Source: Bacteroidota bacterium (GTDB taxonomy: Bacteria; Bacteroidota; Bacteroidia; UKL13-3). From it: a DNA stretch of 64,000 nt. Numbering within the stretch: the stretch's first letter is position 1; the number at the start of each line of letters is the position of its first letter. The stretch spans positions 18,406-82,405 of the forward strand of contig JAIXSO010000026.1 of assembly GCA_027484685.1 (NCBI GenBank), written 5' to 3'. The notes under the pieces were generated by a model. It had not been told where the DNA came from. It was given only the letters and a program-made list of their open reading frames with translations, and made no database searches. The position numbers and the translations under genes were made by a program. Positions 39,474 through 47,946 of the stretch are shown in pieces.

Positions 39474-42400
39474 TTGAAATTGTTACAAACAAGCATAATG
39501 AATAAAGAAACCCATATTCAAAATTATTTTAAAACGGTTAAAGCTGCTTCAAATGAACTTTCTAAAAAGGAAGCTTTTAAAGATTTATTGAATAGAATAT
39601 ATGCTAATGAGGAGTCTTATACAAAACTGATTGATAGAATGACCTTAGGTTCTGAAAAAGCCATTTTTAATATTCCAAAAGGTGATAAAAATAAAACAGG
39701 AAGGGCTGATACCAAATACAATCAAGTAATTATTGAATTTGAAAAAGACTTACGTAAAACTGGAGAACATGCCAAAGAACAATTAGCTGAATACTTTTTT
39801 GGAACTTATAAAAGTGGAGGAGATTATAACCTAACCTTAATTGCTACCGATTGCATAACTTGGAAAATATTTGTACCAAGTTTTGAAACCTTTGAAAACA
39901 TAAGCTCAATAAAGCTACGCGAAGTAAAATTGGAAGAGTTAAAAGGTGGAACTTTTGTTTTAAGCGAAAATAATGGCAATGATTTCTTTTATTTTATCGA
40001 CCGTTATTTGTTTAGAACGGAAGCTCAAAAAGCTACTTTAGAATATATTGAACAAGATTTTGGTTTACAATCTGCTGTATTCATCAACTCATTTAAACAA
40101 CTAAAAGAACATTTTAATGATGTAAAAAAATATGGTGAAGTGCAAGTAAGCTTTGAACAATGGCGTAAGTTTTTGTTTATAGCTTATGGTATAGAAGAAT
40201 TACCAGAAAATATATTTTTAGTACATACTTATTTAAGTGTTTTTGCTAAGATGCTTGCCTATACTGTTCTTACTGATGATGATTTTATTGACGACCAAGA
40301 GCTAGAGCAAATTATTAATGGAAGTATTTTTGAAACATTAAATGTAAAAAATTTAACTGACAATGACTTTTTTCATTGGGTAAAATCTGAACGAAGTTTT
40401 AGAGAACTAAAATCTGCTTTTAGGCAAATAGCCCTGGAGTTAAGTAATTATAGTTTTAAAAATGTAGATGAAGATGTTTTGAAAGGGGTGTATCAAAACT
40501 TAATTGATATTGATACTCGTCACGCTTTGGGTGAATACTACACACCCGATTGGCTTTGTGAAATGGTGGTAAGAGAAATGCCAATAAAAACAGATAGTAA
40601 AACATTAGACCCTAGTTGTGGAAGTGGTTCGTTTTTAAGAACAGTTATAGATAAACTTAAAAATGAAAATAAAACAATAACAGCAAATGAATTGGCAAAT
40701 AATGTTTATGGCATAGATATTCATCCATTAAGTGTGCAAATAGCTAAAACTACCTTACTTGTTGCTATTGGAAAAGATTTAATTCGAAAATCGAAAAAAC
40801 CAGTTAGTTTAAACGTATTTTTATCAAATACCATATTGATTCCTGATGGTGTAAAAAACCTATTTGGTGGTGATTTTACCTTAACTATTGATAGAGAAAA
40901 ATATAAACTAAATACCCAAGTTTTAGAAGATGATAAACTATTCGATGAAGCATTAAATGTAGCAGATGCTTTGGCAGAGTTAACCTTGGGTAAAAAGGCT
41001 GTTGACCAAACTACTTTTATTAATAATTTAAAGAAAAGTTATCCTTATGCACCTATTCCTGTATTAAACGATAGCTTGTATAAAATATATTTAGGTTTGA
41101 AAAGAACCAAAGAAAGCGGTAGAGATAGTATTTGGAAGTTTATACTTCAAAATATGTACAAGCCATATTTTTTAAAAGAAAGATTCGATTTTATAGTGGG
41201 TAATCCGCCTTGGTTTACTTGGAGTAGCGTTAAAAAAGAGGATTACCAAGATGAACTTAAAACACTTGCAGAAAGCTACTAAGTAATGCCTGAACGCAAA
41301 GCCAATTTTCCACACTTGGAAATCGCAGCCATTTTTTTAGCGCATTGCAGCAATTATTTTTTAAAAGAAAATGGTCAATTAGCATTTGTATTACCAAGAA
41401 GCTTTATGAGTGCTGACCAACATGAAAATACACGAAATGGCAAAGCCAAAGGATTTACCTTAACACAAATTTGGGATTTGGATGCTGTTACTAATTTATT
41501 TAGGGTGCCTAGTTGTGTTTTATTTTCCGAAAAGAAATTAAAAACTTCAGTAAGCCAATACCACAAAGGTATAAATGGAATAAGCTTTAAGGGGCGAATA
41601 AAAAAACATAATTGTAGTATAAAGGAAGTAGAAGATGCTGGAGTATTAACTCAAACCGAAAATACATTTTACTATACTACATTGGGAAAAAGCAGTGCTT
41701 TTAGTGTTTCTAAGCAATCAAAAAAAGGAAGTCAAAATAAAACGAGTTATTACAAAACTTCGTTTAAACAGGGAGCTACATTAGTGCCTCGAAATTTTTA
41801 TTTTGTAGAGCTAACACAAGAAGAGCCCGAAGATTGGGACGATAGGTTGATAAATATAAAAACCAGTTCTGAAAGCATGAAACAAGCCAAAAAACCTTGG
41901 AATGAAATAGACATGCACGGACAAATAGATAGCCAATATTTTTTTAGAACAGCTATTTCTAAAAATGTTTTGCCTTTTGTTTTGTATAATCCCGAATTGG
42001 TAATACTTCCTATAAAAATAAACCAAGAAAATAAACAAATAACCATGCAAACGCATGAGGAAATTTTGAAGGACGGTTACTATATCACAGCGCAATGGTT
42101 TAAGAATGTAGAAAATGTTTGGAATATTCTTAAAACTGAAAAAAATGAAAAAATTTCAAGCGGAAATTATTTGAATTGGCAAAACAAATTAACCGATCAA
42201 GATTTAAATAAAAAGTACATGGTACTTTATACTGCAAGTGCAAAAAATGCAAATAGCTGTGTGGTAAAACGGGAAGATTTAAAATTGGAATTTATAGTAG
42301 AAAGTACAACTTATGTATTTTTTTCAAACAATAAAAATGAAGCTTATTATGTTTCTGCTTTACTAAATTCAAGTGTTCCAAATGAATTAATGAAAGACTT

Positions 42401-42671
42401 TCAAGCAAAGGGATTATTTGGAGAACGCCATGTACATAAAAAAATATTAGACATTCCTTTTCCACAATTTAACGAAATGAATCAAGCTCATATTGATTTG
42501 GCTTTACTATCAGAAAGCTGCCATACCAAAGCTGCCAAATGGATGAGAGAAAACAATATTCCTGATAATTTAGACCCAATAAAACTAGGCAAAGTTAGGG
42601 TTCAAATAAAAGCTTATTTGAATGAGGAGATGAAAAAGATAGATAAGTTGGTGAAGGGGGTGATAAAATGA
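39474..42671 (+). pseudogene. MmeI-like single-chain (type IIG/IIL-like) N6-adenine DNA methyltransferase/RM gene interrupted by one in-frame TAA (41280-41282)
   Basis: ORFs 39474-41282 and 41286-42671 share a frame. Motif I 'LDPSCGSGSFL', 'GEYYTP', motif IV 'GNPPWF' lie before the stop. Conserved post-catalytic 'LAFVLP' plus ~350 aa TRD-sized tail lie after it. N-terminal 'D...IIEFEKDL' segment is reminiscent of a PD-(D/E)xK nuclease head. Confidence 0.7.
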
Positions 42672-42678
42672 TAGGTTA

Positions 42679-43830
42679 ATGTTTAAAGTTTTACATTGGA
42701 AAAAAATTATTTTTAATATTATTCGAGTTGTCATCATGAAAAAAGAATCATTGTTTTATAACCCAACATTTAGTGTTTTTATCCAAGCTTTTATTGTAGT
42801 TTGTTTAGGTTTATGCACTATTCCAATAATTGGTTTTGTATTTTCTTCAATATTTAAAATAGCTCCAAATAATTTAGGAGATACAATAGGAGGAACAATG
42901 GGGCCATTCGTTGCTTTATTTGCTGCCTTGTTAACTTTCTTGGCTTTTTATGTTCAATATCAAGCAAATCAGTCGCAGAGGAACGACATAAAAAGAGAAA
43001 GATTTGAAACACAATATTATGAAATAATTAAATTGCACAGAGAAAATGTTTCGGAAATAAAAATAAGAAGTGATAATGGTTCTATTGAAAGTAGATATGC
43101 ATTTGTAACAATGTTCAATGAATTTAAATTTATTTATCGTTTTTGTTATGACACGTATTTTAGAATGGTGGAAAGAGGAAAAATTGAGATATTAGATAAT
43201 GAAGAGTTGATTGTTAAAGAAAAAATTCTCAATATGTCTTACATTCTATTTTTTATAGGTGTAGGTCCAAATTCATTTGATTTAAGTTTTGCTTCTGCTT
43301 CTGAAAAATCTAAAAAATTACACAAAGAATGTTATGAAGAATTAGAAAAATTGAAGTTAAAACATGTTGATAATAACTATTTTTCAAAATTTAATTTTGA
43401 AAAATTAGGAATAGAAATGGTACTTCAATTAAAATACAAACCTTTTGGAGGGCATATGTCGAGATTAGGACATTACTACAGGAATTTATATATGGCAATA
43501 AAATATGTAGATTCACAAGACTTTTTAAGTGAAAATGAAAAATATAGTTACATTAAAATAATTAGGGCTCAATTGTCAAATCATGAACAAGCCCTAATAT
43601 ACTACAACGTAATTTCTGGTTTTGGTTGGCGTTGGATAGAAAAAGAGAAAAACTATTTAGTAAAATATCGACTCATTCATAATGTACCTACAACATTATT
43701 AGAATTTGCAATTAAACCAAGAGACCATAAAATAATTGGTGAACAAATAAAAGAGTGGGAAGAAGTCAAGAATAAAAATCACAAAGAAGACTTAAATGGA
43801 TGGACACCTTTTTTTGAATGGGAAGAATAA
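42679..43830 (+). CDS. Two-TM membrane-anchored protein, possible abortive-infection-like protein
   Basis: Two N-terminal TM helices then a ~290-aa cytoplasmic domain. Architecture resembles the 'putative phage abortive infection protein' family. Likely true start at 42736 (MKKESL). Confidence 0.4.
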   Translation: MFKVLHWKKIIFNIIRVVIMKKESLFYNPTFSVFIQAFIVVCLGLCTIPIIGFVFSSIFKIAPNNLGDTIGGTMGPFVALFAALLTFLAFYVQYQANQSQRNDIKRERFETQYYEIIKLHRENVSEIKIRSDNGSIESRYAFVTMFNEFKFIYRFCYDTYFRMVERGKIEILDNEELIVKEKILNMSYILFFIGVGPNSFDLSFASASEKSKKLHKECYEELEKLKLKHVDNNYFSKFNFEKLGIEMVLQLKYKPFGGHMSRLGHYYRNLYMAIKYVDSQDFLSENEKYSYIKIIRAQLSNHEQALIYYNVISGFGWRWIEKEKNYLVKYRLIHNVPTTLLEFAIKPRDHKIIGEQIKEWEEVKNKNHKEDLNGWTPFFEWEE

Positions 43831-43842
43831 AAAAATTATAAA

Positions 43843-44802
43843 ATGGAAAAGAAATATTCAGTCTTTGTAAGTTCAACTTATGAAGATTTAAAAGAACATA
43901 GAGAAAAAGTAATATATAGTTTAGTTGAAAATAATTATTTTCCTGTTGCTATGGAATTTTTCCAAGCTTCAAGCGATAATAAATGGGAGCGAATAAAAAA
44001 GTTAATTAAAGATTGTGATTATTTTATTTTGATAGCTGGCGGTAGGTATGGAGAAATTCAATACGATGATAAAAGTTTTATTGAGTTGGAGTATGATTTT
44101 GCATTAGAAAATAATATTCCTGTAAATGTTTTTGTTGTAAATTCAATTGACGAACTTAGAAGTAAAGATGTTGATCATGGAGAAAAAAGAGAAAGTTTAA
44201 ATAGGTTTATCAGGAAAATTCAGGATGATAAAATATCAAAATCATACAAAAATGTTGATGATTTAAAAGCTGTAGTAGTTAATTCATTAAATCGATTAAT
44301 TATAGATAGTCCAAGAGTTGGTTGGATAAGGGGTACTACCTATAAAATTAAAGAAACTTTAAATGAGAGAATTGATTTCGAAATAGACATTACTGAAATT
44401 ACCAAATGGATAAATACTGAAAATATTACAATAGAATATAACCCAATTGGTAAAGATTATTCCATATTTTCTTTTGAAAATTTTTCTTCCGAATCTCTTG
44501 CTTTAAGTGTAAAAGAAGTTTGGGATATACTTCGATTAAAATGTTTGCAAGAACTTCCTGAAACGGAAATAGGAAAGAGTTTAAATTTGCTCATCGACAG
44601 AAAAATAAAGGTTAGTATAAAAGATAAATTTTCATTTAATGACACCAATATTTTTAAAGATTCATTTGATAATGTAATAAGAGTTTTTGTTGATAGAGGT
44701 TTAATTGAACCTTCTTTAAAAAGTAAATTAAGTATTAAAAATCAAAAAGATTGCTATTGGAAGTTATCTTCATTGGGAGAAGTTATCAATAGTGGAAAGT
44801 AA
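43843..44802 (+). CDS. DUF4062 domain protein with uncharacterised C-terminal domain
   Basis: N-terminus 'YSVFVSSTYEDLKEHREKV...FPVAMEFF...DCDYFILIAGGRYGEI...ELEYDFA' matches the DUF4062 consensus. Confidence 0.7.
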   Translation: MEKKYSVFVSSTYEDLKEHREKVIYSLVENNYFPVAMEFFQASSDNKWERIKKLIKDCDYFILIAGGRYGEIQYDDKSFIELEYDFALENNIPVNVFVVNSIDELRSKDVDHGEKRESLNRFIRKIQDDKISKSYKNVDDLKAVVVNSLNRLIIDSPRVGWIRGTTYKIKETLNERIDFEIDITEITKWINTENITIEYNPIGKDYSIFSFENFSSESLALSVKEVWDILRLKCLQELPETEIGKSLNLLIDRKIKVSIKDKFSFNDTNIFKDSFDNVIRVFVDRGLIEPSLKSKLSIKNQKDCYWKLSSLGEVINSGK

Positions 44803-44825
44803 AAATAACTTTAATAATTATTTTT

Positions 44826-45923
44826 ATGGATAAACTCATTCCAACATTTACTGATATCAGTAAATGGAACATAAACGTATATACTAATACGGGAGGTACA
44901 CGTAGCAAGCAAATTGCGGTGCATCCTGAAACTGATAAGGAATATTTTTTTAAAGGTTCTAAAGTAATTAAAGATACCAATGAAATACGTTATCCTACTG
45001 AATTTTGGTCTGAAATAGTTTCGTCAAAAATAGGTCAATATTTAGGTTTCGATATGCTTGATTATAATATTGGATTTAACCAAAATAATCAATTGCAAAA
45101 AATTGGTTGTCTTTCGAAATCAATGATTGAAAACTCTGAAAATAGATTAACAGAAGGAAAAATGTATTTGATGGGTTTTAATTCAAATTACAATCCAAAT
45201 TTGAAGGAACATCAGAGTTTATATACTTTTCAATTCATAAGTGAATCTCTTATAAGTTTTGATTTTGAACTATTTATCAATAAGGTAATAGAAGTTATAA
45301 TCTTTGATAGTATAATTGGCAATTCTGATAGGCATCAAGAAAATTGGGGAATAATTACTAACTATAACCACACCATAAGGGGTATAGATGCACATTTAGA
45401 AACTGAAGTTAAGAATTTTTTTACAAAACAAAAATTTCGTGTAGCTAAATGGTATTTAAAGCTAATTTCTAAAGCACAGATTAATATGAAAAAAATTCCA
45501 AAATCAATTTTATCTCAGCAATCATCATTTGCTCCAAATTTATTTGCTCCAATATATGATAGCGGTTGTTGCTTAGGGAGAGAAATTGAAGAGGAAAGAT
45601 TAAATAAAATGTTGCTAGATAATAATATGTTAGAAGCTTACGTTAGAAAAGGTGAATCAGAAATTCATTGGGATGGGTTTGAGAAAAAAAAGAAGCATTT
45701 TGAGTTAATTAATTTGGTTAAAGAAATACATAAATACCAAGTTTGTGAAGTTATTGATAGGGTAGTGAATAAATTCAAGAATGAAGATATACAAACAATA
45801 ATATTTAATATTGACAGAAATATTCCTCCTCATTTAAGCCAATATAAATTAGCAGATAATAGAAAAGAGTTAATGAATAAAATTATAAATTTGCGCATTG
45901 AAAAGTTGAAAGAGATAAGATGA
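44826..45923 (+). CDS. HipA/HipT-like serine/threonine kinase (toxin-type kinase core lacking the HipA N-subdomain)
   Basis: Catalytic-loop-like 'IIGNSDRHQENWGII' and 'FAPIYDSGC' correspond to HipA '(I)GNTD.H.KN(F/W)' and 'AP.YD' motifs. 365 aa. Confidence 0.6.
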   Translation: MDKLIPTFTDISKWNINVYTNTGGTRSKQIAVHPETDKEYFFKGSKVIKDTNEIRYPTEFWSEIVSSKIGQYLGFDMLDYNIGFNQNNQLQKIGCLSKSMIENSENRLTEGKMYLMGFNSNYNPNLKEHQSLYTFQFISESLISFDFELFINKVIEVIIFDSIIGNSDRHQENWGIITNYNHTIRGIDAHLETEVKNFFTKQKFRVAKWYLKLISKAQINMKKIPKSILSQQSSFAPNLFAPIYDSGCCLGREIEEERLNKMLLDNNMLEAYVRKGESEIHWDGFEKKKKHFELINLVKEIHKYQVCEVIDRVVNKFKNEDIQTIIFNIDRNIPPHLSQYKLADNRKELMNKIINLRIEKLKEIR

Positions 45924-46573
45924 AAGAGATAGGAAACATACATTTGTGTTGGCGTCAAGCAAAAGGATCCAATAGGATTCCCATAGGTACTATTAAACAT
46001 AGTGTTACAGGTGGAGTACGTTTCTCTTATAATCAGAATGAAGTAGCAAAAGCAAGAAAATTAGGTTTTCAGCATTACGAAGGATTTCCAGATATAACAA
46101 AGGTGTATGATGAAAATGTGCTAGAAATATTTGGACAGAGGTTAATTAAAAGTGAACGTTCTGACACAAGTGCCTTTTATGAATTTTGGGGAATAGATGC
46201 CCAATATAAAGATAACGATTTCTATATGCTTGCTTATACTCAAGGACTTTTACCAACCGATAACTATGAGTTTTTGGCAGACTTTCACCCAATGCCTAAT
46301 CTATCGTTTGTTTCTGAAATTACAGGTTTAACTGAAGCTAAGTTAGAAGCTGATTTGTTAAAAGTTGGAGATAAATTGACTTATAAACGAGAGCCAAATA
46401 ATGTCTTTGATAATAAAGCAATAGGTCTATACTTAGGAGAATTGTATTTAGGCCATGTTAAATTAATTCATAGTAGAGTGTTTTATAAAACAAATACCTT
46501 ATTAAAAGTTAGTGTTCATAATATTGAAAAGAATGGTTTCTTGAAAAGGGTATTTATTAAGATAAATAGTTAG
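45920..46573 (+). CDS. HIRAN-domain protein
   Basis: C-terminal 'LKVGDKLTYKREPNNVFDNKAIGLYL..LGHV' fits the HIRAN consensus (REP.NPYD.NAI.V....LG(Y/H)V). Start overlaps the kinase stop (ATGA). Confidence 0.65.
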   Translation: MKEIGNIHLCWRQAKGSNRIPIGTIKHSVTGGVRFSYNQNEVAKARKLGFQHYEGFPDITKVYDENVLEIFGQRLIKSERSDTSAFYEFWGIDAQYKDNDFYMLAYTQGLLPTDNYEFLADFHPMPNLSFVSEITGLTEAKLEADLLKVGDKLTYKREPNNVFDNKAIGLYLGELYLGHVKLIHSRVFYKTNTLLKVSVHNIEKNGFLKRVFIKINS

Positions 46574-46723
46574 AATTAAATAATTACCAAACTTTCTTAA
46601 ATCTCTATAAACGTTAAAAAATTGCGCTTTTTACTTTTGAAAGCTCAATTAATCATTGAAACTGAATCAAACTTTTTTTTGGCTAAGCTATCACCTAAGT
46701 TTGTGTGTAATATGGTTGTTTGT

Positions 46724-47585
46724 ATGAAAAAAATGAACTTGTTGGGGCTGATGGTTTTATGGTCTGTGTTTTCAACTGCTCAAATTATTCCTAATGGTGG
46801 TTTTGAAAATTGGACCACAACTGGCAATTATGCTAATCCTGATGGATGGTTTACTTTTAACGCTACGTTTTCTACCATTAATGTTTTTACTGTTGAAAAA
46901 GGAACACCGGGCGCTACTGGCAATAGTTATGCAAAAATTACTTCAAAAAATATTGGCGATAATTTGTTTCCTGGAGCTTTATTAATGGGTTCATTGGTAA
47001 ACAATGAAGTAATTCCTGGTATGGCCATTAATACTAAACCAGCATTTTTACTTGGAAAATACCAATCTAAAATTGGTAAAGACGATACTGCTTTGGTAAT
47101 AGTGCAGTTTACCAAATGGAATAATTTAACCAATACAAGAGAATTAGAAGGGATTGGTATTTTAGATTTTATAGACCTAAATACCGACACTTGGACTGAA
47201 TTTATAGTGAGCATGGATTATTTTGGAAACATTACTCCCGATTCGTGTTCCATAACAATTACCTTAGGCAATTCACCTCCAGCCTCAGATAACTTTTTTG
47301 CTGTTGATGATCTAATTTTTTCAAACACATTGAATTCTGTAAATGAAATAAATAAAATTACAACGCAAGTTTATCCCAATCCTAACGATGGTAAGTTTCT
47401 ATTAACTCAACAGCAAATATGAGCTATATTCAAATAACCAATATTTTAGGTGAAGTAGTTTTTTCTGAAAATATAAATGGTAATTCTGTTCCAATTACTT
47501 TAAATAATTTGGCAGCTGGATTGTATTTTTATTCCATTACTACTGAAAATAATAAGGTTATAAAAGGAATGATTACTATTAATTG
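46724..47585 (+). pseudogene. T9SS cargo gene with its C-terminal sorting domain in a different frame (frameshift or sequence error near 47400-47420)
   Basis: Main ORF ends '...QVYPNPNDGKFLLTQQQI*'. The continuation 'SYIQITNILGEVVF...GLYFYSITTENNKVIKGMITIN*' (47408-47585) completes a type-A CTD in the -1 frame. Confidence 0.5.
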
Positions 47586-47780
47586 ATTTTCGAATTTTAG
47601 TTTCATTTCTTTGTCCGAAATGTTTTTTTTATCAATTTAACAGAAAATAATCACTTGGAAAACCTAATATTGGCCGCAGGTAATGGAAAACAATTAGGTA
47701 AAGCCAAGGAGATGCTTGCAGCATGACTATTGAAGTTTTTTTTTGCCTATCAACTATATCAATTGTCACTATCCAAACAA

Positions 47781-47824
47781 AAAAACTCCTCACACTTTTA
47801 AAAAGTATGGGGAGTTTTTTTATG
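47781..47824. terminator. Bidirectional hairpin between convergent genes
   Basis: 'aaaaactcc'...'ggagttttt' stem with internal palindrome. A/T runs on both sides. Confidence 0.4.
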
Positions 47825-47946
47825 TTCTATTATAACTGGTTAACAATTTCCTTTAAACAAGGAAGGTGATTATAGCATGACTTTTGAATGGTTCTGTTTT
47901 TTAGCTCCAACTCAAAAATCATACAACAAAAATCACCAATCGGTTA

